Shown here: piece by piece, positions 11,570-23,460 of the stretch
Position numbering within the stretch: the first letter of the stretch is position 1
Layout: each line of letters begins with the position of its first letter
Assembly (NCBI RefSeq): GCF_001194135.2
Contig: NC_068986.1
Span: 97,179,416 to 97,229,603 of the forward strand
Direction of reading: 5' to 3'
Length of the DNA: 50,188 nt
From: Octopus bimaculoides
Taxonomy: Eukaryota
Notes under the pieces: model-generated
The model's input: the letters and a program-made list of their open reading frames with translations, nothing else
What the model was told of the DNA's origin: nothing
Databases searched by the model: none
Made by a program: the position numbers and the translations under genes

Positions 11570-11879
11570 CTCTAATTGATTTAAATGGTGGATTGATTAA
11601 TTCTAAATGGTGCGGGCGGTCATGAATTACATAAATAACAATGGAGTTAAAAATATTCATATCTAATCGTGAGCACTTAGATAATTGAAAATACTTGTTG
11701 GAGATAATTTCGGTGGATTAACTACTTGTTTACATGCTGATTGGTAACTAGGGACAACTGTGTCGTTATTGATTGGCCTATGAGTGTGTAGGTAAGGCTG
11801 GAGGTATAAAAGCGAATTTATGATATTGATCGATTATCGAGATGGTGGAATTTAAGTATCTATTCAGGTGAAGGTAAGC
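11570..11879 (+). promoter_or_regulatory. Candidate Pol II promoter with short first exon ending at 11873
   Basis: GC box 11614-11619, TGTTTAC 11727-11733, two reverse CCAAT boxes (ATTGG at 11740 and 11772), TATAAAAG 11805-11812, AAG|GTAAGC donor at 11874. Confidence 0.5.
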
Positions 11880-12646
11880 AGATTTTTATACACATGCTGA
11901 TGCACAAATGTATTAACATATACATTTATAGTCAGATTTGAGGATATATATATTGGAGTGCTTTGTTTACTCAGATGCAGATGCAGATGCACAAACAGAT
12001 TCCTATATGTGTTAATGCACATACTTAGATATATGTAGTATTAAAAGGGCTCTGTATCCACAGAAAGGTTTAAATATATGCTTGAATAAGTATTTAGTAT
12101 TATCTGAATAATAACATTAGTGCGTTCTTTCTAAAGCTCCTCTCCGAGTATCGGCTACCAGATTCTATTATATTGTAGGAAATTCTTTACTGGATAAACA
12201 TGTGAAAATATGTTTAATACATGTAACGTTCAGCAATTACCAGCTGATAATGATGAGATGAAACAATTTTAATGATTTTTAAAGAAGCCTATTCATTCCA
12301 CCTCGTATTAAAATTACCTTTGTGTAAGTGTGTATGAGAAACCAATTCTTATATTCTTTACATCATTGCCTTGTTTCTTTACGCGTCGAATGCATTCACG
12401 TGAATAATTTGCTTTCGTTTATTATTTTAGAGAAAGACTTTAATAAATTTAAAAAAAAAAAAGAATTCATACGACATTCTCTTCAACATCTATTAACTTA
12501 TCCAAATTAATGTCATCGGTTCGTTTAAATTATTTCCCTGAGCACTTTTTATTTTTAATTATGTAAATTGTTCAAGCGAAAATATTTGATATTTTTCTAT
12601 ATCTAAAATTCTATCCTTTGATCTGCTGAATCACATCCAATGTGTT

Positions 12647-12680
12647 ACACTGATGAGGTTCTATAAACTGAAATATATGT
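12647..12680 (+). ncRNA. Minimal type-I hammerhead-like motif with intact core
   Basis: ACA-CTGATGA-GGTT(CTATA)AACT-GAAA-TA-TA-TGT. Stem I is only 3 bp. Confidence 0.3.
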
Positions 12681-13570
12681 CCATATTTGTCACCTTGCTG
12701 CCGACAAAGATCGGATTATTCTTTCCCTTAACCAGTAAGATAACATGAAAAAATAGTTCTTAGTCTCATAAAATTATACTTCCGTTTCTTTTCAGAAACA
12801 CTACCAAATGCTGCTAAGTTTTCGTTTTCTAACCTTCTTAGAGAGAAATTTGCATACATTAAGAAATTTTACGTCTCTCGCAAAGTACATCATCCTATTA
12901 ATTAAATTTCCACTTTCATATTCATGAATACAAATAGCAGAACCATTATCACTTCCAAATTATGCAAAATTTTATGCGCTTACCCTATTTTAGAAACCAG
13001 GCAGGTTTAGACAAATTAATATCAAGAAATAATTCAATAACGTATTTTACGTTGGTTAAATTTCAACGTAAAAGGATTTTTACCCAACTCGATACAAATT
13101 TTAGAATCTGTATCATTAGATGTAAATACTTGCGCACAATCGATATTAGAAGAGATTAATATTTAACAGATATTTTATAGGGTTAAAACTGTTGCTCAAA
13201 CAGAGAGAATTGGGTATAGACAGCTATCTATAATTTTAGTATTAGTAATTGCAATTTATGCTACAAAATTCCTTTATACAACAGAATTGTAATGTAATAT
13301 TATTCCTGTGAAAAATCTCATATCCACAGCTCCGGAAAGTAATTATCTACTAAATCTAAATATATAAAAAAAAAAAATGTTTAAGGATATATGCACATAT
13401 ATTGAGGATAAACAAAGAATTATGTGAAATAAATTTCCATTTTCCATTTTACTTACATTGAAAATTAATTTTGTAATCGTTGGCGTACTGAATTTTTATT
13501 AAAGTTACATTATAAAACAGAAACCATTTTCGCACGTAAAGATAATGTCACACACACGTATATACATTTT

Positions 13571-13927
13571 TTGTCGTTGGCACTCCGTCGCTTACAACGT
13601 CGAGGGTTCCAGTTGATCCGATCAACGGAACAGCCTGCTCGTGAAATTAACGTGCAAGTGGCTGAACACTCCACAGACACGTGTATCCTTAACATAGTTC
13701 TTGGGGATATTCAGCGTGACACAGTGTGACAAGGCTGACCCTTTGAATTACAGGCACAACAGAAACAGGAAGTAAGAGAGAAAGTTGTGGTGAAAGAGTA
13801 CAGCAGGGTTCACCACCACCCCCTGCAGGAGCCTCGTCGAGCTTTAGGCGTTTTTTCGCTCAATAAACACTCACAACGCCCGGTCTGGGAATCGAAACCG
13901 CGATCCTATGACCGCGAGTCTGCTGCT
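13571..13927 (-). mobile_element. SINE family D copy, head cut by gap
   Basis: Near-identical to 33391-33771 and the reverse complement of 42968-43312. Confidence 0.92.
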
Positions 13928-14222
13928 NNNNNNNNNNNNNNNNNNNNNNNNNNNNNNNNNNNNNNNNNNNNNNNNNNNNNNNNNNNNNNNNNNNNNNNNN
14001 NNNNNNNNNNNNNNNNNNNNNNNNNNNNNNNNNNNNNNNNNNNNNNNNNNNNNNNNNNNNNNNNNNNNNNNNNNNNNNNNNNNNNNNNNNNNNNNNNNNN
14101 NNNNNNNNNNNNNNNNNNNNNNNNNNNNNNNNNNNNNNNNNNNNNNNNNNNNNNNNNNNNNNNNNNNNNNNNNNNNNNNNNNNNNNNNNNNNNNNNNNNN
14201 NNNNNNNNNNNAATATGTAAAC

Positions 14223-14307
<85 letters not shown>

Positions 14308-15026
14308 CCTACAGCTCTGATGTCTCTCGGGCAAACACAAATCCATCTAAAGAAGTGAACACTCAAATCTAGATCTATGGCAGCCGTGGCTATTTTAGTA
14401 ATCCATGGTACGACATTTACGAACTTTCTGCAATTTAGGTTGGAAAGCAAGAACAGTAAATAGAGATTGGTATTCCAGAAATTCTTTTATTTATGCCTCT
14501 TCATTAAATTTCTGGACAATGTCACTGACCCCGTCTGATTCTATATTAGATTCTTCATCCGGTTATTTAATAAATATTTCAACATAATACTACTCAATAA
14601 TATTACCGAAATATTTCCACAGACACTTTAAACACACGACATTGTTTCCAGAAAGTAATGTAAGTTGATATATAATAATACAGAGAAATTTAAGAGAACT
14701 ACAAGAAAGTAAATACACTAATACTTTGAACAAGATCATTCAGTTTCAGATATATGCATGTATGCATATCTTTATGTATATGTGTATGTATGTATGTATG
14801 TATGTATGTATGTATGCATGTATGTATGTACATATGTATGAATGTATGTATGTGTGTGTAGATATATGTGTAGCTGCATATAGATACATAGATGTTTACA
14901 AAGATACACCAACATGCATGTGTCTGTATATATATGTATAAATATATATGTATATATGTAAATATCTATACATATATATACACACACATATGTATGTATG
15001 TATATATGTATGTATATATGTATGTT

Positions 15027-15070
<44 letters not shown>

Positions 15071-15307
15071 ATCATATACACACACATATGTATATATAAT
15101 ATGCTATTCTACATTGCAAACTTCCTGTTCGGATTTCATAATATTATATTAATAAAAAGCAGACGTGCTGGTGAGCAATTTTATTTTTTCGGCTATAGTG
15201 ATTTCGTCTCAATCACGCCGGCACTATATACAGCTTATTAAATTTCTCTTAAAACATTACTCTTATAAAATTTATCATATATACATAGATGTTCTGCATT
15301 ATACACG

Positions 15308-15317
15308 AATGACGACG

Positions 15318-15406
<89 letters not shown>

Positions 15407-15407
15407 T
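15308..15407. repeat. Compound (GAC)(AAC)n(AAT)n microsatellite
   Basis: Seen directly; source of the poly-T/I/L/V/C ORFs. Confidence 0.95.
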
Positions 15408-15924
15408 GTAACAAATGTAAGTATGCATATATGTATGTATGCATATATACATATACATACACACGCACACACACACGTACACAAACACTCACACGTGTAT
15501 ATACGTATATATGTCATAAAATCATGAAATATTATTCAATAAGTATATGCTTTTACATGGTCTTGGTGGTTAGAGCAAAAACAAACCAAACAATAACTAA
15601 ATAACCTTATGACTGTCTACTGATAACTTAATCAAGCACGTACGCAAAGGCTATATTTTGTTTTCTGTAATCTCTACATTTGACCACCGTTGTAATGGTT
15701 TCTTCCATGTTTAATGGATATCATTTACACTCATACACACATATTCGTCAAACAAGCAGCTTGTATATGGTTGCTAGACATACTAGAAAAAACAGAGAGT
15801 GCAAAATTCTACATAAAGCACGCTCTATAGTGTAAAAAAAAAAGATATACATACTGGAAAATGCAGTCCATGTTACATGATTCCTACAATTGGGCAAGTT
15901 AGCCAATTTAAGAATCAAGAATTG

Positions 15925-15972
<48 letters not shown>

Positions 15973-16024
15973 TTGTGTGTGTGTGTGTGTGTGTATATAT
16001 GCGTGTGTGTGTGAGTGTATACAC

Positions 16025-16560
16025 ACTGGGTGTTCTGGATAAATTGACAGTTTGCAACCGAAACTACCCCACCCGAAGATGAAAGTATTAAAAAAAAGCC
16101 AAAAGTGTCAACTAGATTATGGCTAGGAGATAACAGTAGTCGCCCTCAGCTTCTACCTCTGCCAAAGTCGAAAGCCGGCTGCGGAACCTGTTGCATGCGT
16201 TCCTCACCTTGTATCTCTGGGAAAATCTTGATGTAGGTAACCAGCTCGGCCTCGATGTTGCAGGCAAAGTAGTTGATGTCCTTCTCAACCGTGTCTCACA
16301 CATAGTAATCCATGGGATTATAATCGGGGGAATTAGGAGGCCAGAAATTGGTGGTATGGCAAACAGCCGAATCCTGCTGTCACACGTATGGTCTTGCATC
16401 AGCAACTCACTTCGGTCAGGTTTTGTCGCAGTTTCCAGCAGTTTCACATAGCCGTCTAAATCGAGCCTAAGGCTCTGTTCAAAAATGAGGGACGGCATGA
16501 CGTCATTCTCATTGGAGAAACATCCATCAACGTTTGATCTTCATGGTACCCATGCCACGA
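16025..16560 (-). mobile_element. Tc1/mariner transposase fossil, maT-like (DD37D-type), C-terminal half
   Basis: Minus strand: DVMPSLIFEQSLRLDLDGYVKLLET, RPYV*QQDSAVCHT, NFWPPNSPDYNPMDYYV*, VRNACNRFRSRL. The SPDxNPxD ending fits the maT/Bmmar1 group. The D-D spacing cannot be counted because of an internal deletion. Confidence 0.85.
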
Positions 16561-17270
16561 CTTAGAGCCTTCACAGTGTTCACACAGTTTTTAGCAGGCC
16601 GATTCGTAAAGGTCAGCTAAGGACAAATGCATGTGTAACCAACCATAAAGAACAAACCAACAGTACAAAGAAATCAAATGCTAATCCCTTGAAAACGGCA
16701 ACCGTTTTAACAGTATCAGAATCACCATACCACTACATCTACACATTCAAAGCAGTTTTTCAACAGTCCTTCAGCAACACACCATGATAAACTCGGTGAC
16801 AAAAACTAAATCCAGGCCACGACAGATAGAGAGGTTGTTCTTGAAGAAGCGAATGTGAACTTACGGAAAAAATATTTTCATATCGCTTGAAGAAACACAA
16901 CTAGATCTCATAATGCTGGGAAACAGTTGCATAATCAAGTACCTGCACACCCGAGGAACTATGTTGCGTGGAAACAATTGTAGTGATGAAAAAATAAATG
17001 TCCAACTTTACTCCTTGTTGACTCCAAATTTTTCAATCGGTATCTTAGACAAATCGCATTTTTTAAGTCTCAGTTTGACCCATACATGTGAGTGAAATGG
17101 AAAGGGTGTAGGTGCTCATAAAGTGATTTGTACCAGTAATTAATTTGTACAGCCTTGTCGCATTCCAGGTCACGCTGATTCTCCATGAGAATTATATTAA
17201 GTGCACACGTCCTTCTCTATTCAACCACTTACACATTAATATAGAAACAGGTAGCTGAGTTAGAGAAGAT

Positions 17271-17328
<58 letters not shown>

Positions 17329-18312
17329 ACTATGTATGCTAGTATCTGTCACTTATGAGGTTATACAAGTGGCTTTTCTATGGTTTATCAAATATCATAT
17401 GGTCTATGAAAGTTTAATGTCTTAAAAAAAATTTAATGTCTTGAGTACATTAAGTAGCTTATATATCATTGAAGTAAGCTAGGATGAAATGTGCTGGTCT
17501 CATGTGTGTCTAGTTGTTATTTCTATAATGTTCCTCTTGAATTAAATTGAAATAGGTGCTCTAGCTATCCATTTACTACGTCATTAACCATTATTATTAC
17601 CGTTACATATAAAACCAACCGTTTGGATGTATCCTGCCCAGCTTCTTATATATATCGGGGCCTATGCGATATACACTAATATCTATAGCTTGAATGTACA
17701 AGACACTGTATTTCCGCATGATGAAGTGAAAGTAAAACAACCATATTTATCGCAAAAAGAATATGTGTTAAATACACATATATCTGTTGTGCAGTGTATT
17801 CGAAATAATTTCTTTGGTCAAAATACCTGCTAAATCGTCAAGCTTGGCTGATAATGATATTCTGAGATACTCTAAGCAAACCTACGCAAAAATAGTGCAA
17901 TTTGCATAATTAACTCCAGCACCCATTTCGTCCTTACGTTAACCTTAATATTTCTTGAAACACATTATTCCATAACGACCGTTCCATTGTAGCAACATAC
18001 ATTTTCTTGATTGTATGCGTACCCACGTGTATCTTGAACAAACAACCTCTATTCTTAGCATTGCAATTTCAGTTTTTTTTTTCAGCTATTTTAAAATCAC
18101 ATCACTATTACAATAAAAACGTCATTTCCACATTTGCAATTGTATTTCCTATGACCATTAGTGTTTTTATAATTTACATTTCTTATCCTCATTATCATAC
18201 TATCACTTCTCATAATATCAAGAATAACTGTAAAATTGCATTTTTTTAAAATTTCAAAATCTAGTGGCACCATTATCACATTTGGATTGGTAGAATTATT
18301 AAAGTTCAGGAA

Positions 18313-18662
18313 AAAAATGCTTTGCGGTATTTCCTTCTGCTTTTTGCAATCTGAATTCTATTCCGGCTGAGGGCAACGTTGACTTTCATATCAGCTACTG
18401 GAGTTGGTGGTATCCATTGCTCCACCTTCAATCGAAATTTGTGGTTTTGTTGTACCTAATCCAGAAACCACTCGTGCATTACAGCATTTCGTCCGTCTTC
18501 ACGTGTTGATTTCAAATTCTACCGAGGTCAAGGTTGCATTTCATCCTTTTGGGATCGATAAAATAAGTACCAGTTGAATACTGGTGTCAATATGACCGAC
18601 TATCCTCCTCTCCAAAATTTTAGGCCTTGTACCTATAGTAGAAAGGACTATTGAAATTGTTA

Positions 18663-18747
<85 letters not shown>

Positions 18748-19353
18748 TTAATATTTCTTGTTCCTCTACCTACACGCATTGTACATCGCTCCCGTAAGTT
18801 TGTTATTATTATCATCATTTTCATTAGAAGCTTCTTTCGATTCTGTTTCCATTTCTTGCGGAATGTCTTCCTGACATCTAGGGCAGAGAAACGCATCACC
18901 TCCATTATATATTCTCGTCTAACCGTGGCTACTGATGCGAAGACATGCGCTGAGATAATGACATCTCCAGTACTTCCTTGCCGATGAGCATGTATGGTCA
19001 CCTTTTTTTCAGAATCGCTCTTCCGTAACTCGCATTTTTGTCGAAGCTACAGTCCCGGATCAAGCGAAGATCGAGGTAGGGCACTTAGCACCGAGAGTAT
19101 CGTCAGGCGCTTACAATCCTCTGCCAGTCGGGCAATGCAGTTGGTGGAAATTCTAGTCAACTAGACCCCTTCTCCAAAATTTCAGGCCCTCTGCCTATAG
19201 TAGAAAATATTATTATTATTATTATTATTAATATTATTATTATTATTATTATTATTATTATGTTTTTTTTCTTCTTTCTTCAAATTTTCTTCCATTTCTC
19301 GCCGAGTGTTTTCCGTACACCTAGGGCAGAGAACTCATTGTACGCATTCCCAG

Positions 19354-19444
<91 letters not shown>

Positions 19445-20880
19445 TTAGGGCGGTGAGCTGGCAGAATCGTTAGCATGCCGAGTGAAGCGCTTAGCGGTAT
19501 TTCGCCCGTCGCTACGTTCTGAGTTCAAATTCTTCCGCGGTTGACTTTGCCTTTCATCCTTTCGGGGATGATAGATAAGTACCGGTTGAGTAGTATTGAA
19601 CCCAATGTTCCGATGACAATATGGACAACCTTTATGTTTGATTCTCGTAGCTGCCACATCTTACCGATATCAATTCTCAGGTCTCCATATTTAGCAATCT
19701 TTTCTCTTTCTTTCATGTTATGTTGATCTCCTGGCACTGCCATGACCATTATTAGGAACTTTTGATTGTCACTCCTAAAGGTTACTATAACCGGCCTTCG
19801 GTGCTCTAACACCTTGTTCGTCTGGAAGTTAAAAACCCAGAGGATTTTTACTTTCCCCTTTTCGTCTATTACCTTTTTCGGTGTATGTTGGTACCAAGCA
19901 CACGTTACCTCGTAATAATACTTCGGGCATACTATCCAGTGAAAGTTATGGGTTTCCTTGTCGTGTCTGCGCTTCTACTCTTTCTGTGCAAAACTACAAG
20001 TGCTGACATGACAAGGTAGCCCAAGGCAGCGAGCTGGCTGAATCGATAGTACGACGGGCAAAATGCTTAGAGGTATTTCGTCCGCTCTTACGTTCTGAGT
20101 TCAAATTCCACCGAGATCGACTTTGCCTGTCATCATTTTGGGGTCGATGAAATAATTATTAGTTACGCGCTGCGGTCGATGTATTCGTCTGCCTCCTCTC
20201 CTAAAATTTCAGGATTGTGTCTATAGTAGAAAGGATTATTATTTTGATTATAAGGCGGCGATCTGGCAGAATCGTTCGCACAGTAGGCAAAATGTTTAGC
20301 AACATTTCGTTTTCCTTACGTTGTGAATTCAGATTCTCCGAGGTCGACTTTTCCTTTCATCCTTTCCAGGTCGCTAAATAAAGTGCCAGTGAAACACTGG
20401 GGTCGATATGATCGACTAGTCCCTTCCTTCCCAAAATTAAGGCCTTGTATCTTTGTTATAAAGGAGTGTTATTTTCATCATCAATATCTTTATTAAGGCA
20501 GTGAGCTGAAAGAATTATTAGGACGCCAGACATTGCGCTTAGCAGCAATTCGTCAGTTTTTACGTTCTAAGCTCAAGTTCAGCCGAGGCTCATTCTTTCG
20601 GGGTCGATAAAGTAAGTACAAGTTGAGCACTGGAGTCGATATAATTGACTTATTCCCAACCCCGAAATTGCTGGATTTGTGCCATAATTTGAAACCATTA
20701 TTATTATTATTATTATTAAGGCGGCGATCTGGCCGAATCTTTAGCATACCGTGCGAAATGCTTAGCGGCCATTTCGTTCGTCTCTACGTTCTGAGTTGAA
20801 ATTCCTCCGAGGTCGACTTTGCTTTTCCTCATTTCGGAGACGATGAAATCAGTTCTGCATTCGAGTCAATGAAATCGACT
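18313..20880 (+). mobile_element. Head-to-tail cluster of SINE family B copies (about 8 full or partial) separated by (ATT)n tails
   Basis: Heads aaggcggcgagctggcagaatcgttag... at ~19448, 20023, 20252, 20495 and 20718; shared core gtcgactttgcctttcatcctttcggggtcgataaaataagtacc; tails cctatagtagaaagg(att)n; partial copies at 18313-18660 and 19080-19260. Confidence 0.9.
19593..20015 (-). mobile_element. R4/Dong-like non-LTR retrotransposon C-terminal restriction-like endonuclease fragment
   Basis: AQKE*KRRHDK..FHW, WYQHTPKKVIDEKGKVKILWVFNFQTNKVLEHRRPVIV, MAVPGD..KEREKIAKYGDLRIDIGKMW, KVVHIVIGTLGSI. This is the RHD / PD..D / EK..KY RLE pattern. Confidence 0.85.
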
Positions 20881-21380
20881 ACCACTACACTTGAAAGTTT
20901 AAATCTTGGACATTTATCAGAAAAATATTATAATTATTGTTGTTAATGTTTTCTTTATGCTATGGATATTATGAACGTTTGTCAAATTTATATATCTTTT
21001 ATTTACATATTTATTCACCATCATTTCCCCACACAGTTCTTCACACACTTTTATTAGTTACATTTCTTTCCGTGTTTTGCATTTCTACATTTTTTTTCAT
21101 GGTGTATTTCACTCACCGCATCATTTCTGAATACAGTTTAAATTCATTTATTATGTATTTTCTTTAATTTATTTTTCATATCTACATCCTCGTTTCTATC
21201 GATATTCACATGTTAAGTTTTATTCACTAGCATTCTTTATTCAATTCTATTGACATTCTTCAACTTGATTCTATCTGACACTGCCATGGTTTATTTTAAT
21301 TGATGTCCCCATGGTGCACCAAACAAAAGACGGTGAAAGGTCAAACCGATTATGTTCGAGGCTTGGATATATACATCTAA

Positions 21381-21449
<69 letters not shown>

Positions 21450-21738
21450 CTTCTCTGTCTGTCTGTCTGTCTGCCTGTTTATCTGTTTTTTACATATAGA
21501 TAATATATATTGTATATAAATTATACTCACATACATAGATATACAATATATTCTACAGTATATAAACATTAAAATTGCATAATGTACAAACATTATAGTT
21601 GTGTTCACGCACAAGCACACGCACATACATACACACATANNNNNNNNNNNNNNNNNNNNNNNNNNNNNNNNNNNNNNNNNNNNNNNNNNNNNNNNNNNNN
21701 NNNNNNNNNNNNNNNNNNNNNNNNNNNNNNNNNNNNNN

Positions 21739-21774
<36 letters not shown>

Positions 21775-22109
21775 TAATATTTAGAAGAAGCAACAGATTG
21801 ACTCAAGGTCCGAGAGTTTCGTGCGTTGGCACTTAATAAACTAATTCCAGTTTGAAAGTTCGCGTGTTTATATAGGTGTTGATAAACAAATGAATATATT
21901 TCCCTATGGAATGTTCTAGAACGAATTATAATGATATTACGTGCATATTTTAAGAGATAAATAAGAAAGAAACAAATACAGAAATAAAAGAGAGACAAAA
22001 GAATATTGTGTATGACATTGCATACACATAGTCATACATACATACATACATAAATATACATATCAAGACAAAACAAACCCTACGAAATTCACACACACAC
22101 ATACACACA

Positions 22110-22403
22110 CACAGCTTCTCGTCTTGGGTTCACCACTTTTTTGTTATCTCCCCTTTGTTATCTCACTTTTTTCTTAGCTCTCCTGTGTGATCCTTCTGTC
22201 TGCAATTCGCCATGATAGATCGCTGACCGCTACATTTATATTTCTTTTTCTCCTGGTGTCTCTCCTTATTTCTTTCTGTGTTCCTTTTAGTTGAAGAGCG
22301 TAGCTCGAAACGTCAAAGACTTTCTCTATTCCCGAGCATTAAACTAATACATTCATTTATTGTTTATACCACCTGTCTTTGTTGTTTTTTCGTAAATTCT
22401 CCC

Positions 22404-22405
<2 letters not shown>
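22110..22405 (+). mobile_element. Penelope-like terminal-repeat remnant with degenerate hammerhead-like motif (22284-22318)
   Basis: CTTT-TAGTTGA-A-GAGC(GTA)GCTC-GAAA-CG-TC-AAAG within a pyrimidine-rich stretch. The Penelope assignment is inferred from this layout only. Confidence 0.45.
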
Positions 22406-22444
<39 letters not shown>

Positions 22445-22639
22445 TATACGTATACGTGACAAGAAGTCTATAGCAAAGAATGAGTATAGATTAAAATAAA
22501 ATAGATATAGATATAAACAGATACATATACATATGTGCACCCACATATATAAACACACATACATATATATTTATACATATATACATATACATATATACAT
22601 ACACACGTAAGAAGGGTGTTTATTACACATTTTCTCTGA

Positions 22640-23160
22640 CCAACTGGAGATGAAAGACGTTTATGGTGACGATGCACCGTCATACAATGTAGTCAAGCAC
22701 TGACATTGCCAGTTCAAATGTAGTCGGACATCGGTAGAAACCGCTCCTATCCCTGTACGACCACGTTCCGCCATTGATGATGACACCATCCATAAAGTGG
22801 AAGTCACCATTTTGGAGGATCGCCGCATAACTGTTCGGAAACTAGCCCAAGAAGTGAAGATATGTGTTGAGTCCGTGGAAAAAAAAAAAAACATTGACGA
22901 CCGTTTCCACATGCAAAAGTTGTCTGCAAGATAGTTTCCCCGGATGCTTATACCTTTTCAGAAGAAGAAACGAGTTAATTGCTTCCAGGCTCTTTTGCCA
23001 ATGTGCCAAGAAAACGAGGAGGACTTTTTCGGCAGACTCATCACACAAGATGAAATATGGGTCCATCACTATGATCGTGTGACTAAAGTCCAGTCGAAGC
23101 AATGGAAGCATGATAACTCACTACCTCCAGAGAAGACTCGGGTCCAACCCTCAGCAGGTG
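22640..23160 (+). mobile_element. mariner (DD34D-type) transposase fossil, N-terminal HTH to first catalytic D
   Basis: EMKDVYGDDAPSYNVVKH, LEDRRITVRKLAQEV, KLSAR*FPRML (WVPR motif), LITQDEIWVHHYD..TKVQSKQW; contains stops and a poly-A frameshift. Confidence 0.9.
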
Positions 23161-23289
23161 ATGCTCATAGTCGGAAAAGTGATGATGGATTTTCTGGCAA
23201 AGCGCAAAAATTACTCTTAGCAACTGAATTAGCGGAGGCAAAGATGCCTCTCCTTTACTTGACAATTTATGCATCACATTGCAGAAATC

Positions 23290-23460
23290 ACAATCTAAGT
23301 GTATATATGCATTCATGTATACATACGTATAATCTCCTTTTAGTTTCCGTCTACCAAATCCTTTCATGAAACTTTTGGCGGCTAGGGGTTATGCAATGAG
23401 ATCGAACTTGCGACCAAATGGTTGGGAGGCGAGTTAACAACCATAGAAGAATGCTTGCAC
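23290..23460 (-). mobile_element. Degenerate SINE family A 5' half
   Basis: tttccgtctaccaaatcc is the reverse complement of the ggatttggtagacggaaa core of family A. Confidence 0.55.

Noticed and set aside
12796-12900. Strong acceptor ttcttttcag at 12795 as exon 2
   Set aside because: Joining to the phase-1 exon at 7243 creates TAA, and no good donor follows. It could still be a UTR exon for the 11.8-kb promoter, but nothing supports that.
14315-14640. Acidic reading frame on the minus strand (PDEESNIESDGVSDIV...)
   Set aside because: Interrupted by stops, with no recognisable family motif.
16620-16985. His/Thr/Ser-rich frame after an AG at 16713
   Set aside because: Two in-frame stops, no convincing donor, no recognisable homology.
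18313-20880. Repeated units as a CRISPR-like array
   Set aside because: Units are ~230-bp diverged SINEs in eukaryotic DNA; no constant short repeat with unique spacers and no cas genes.
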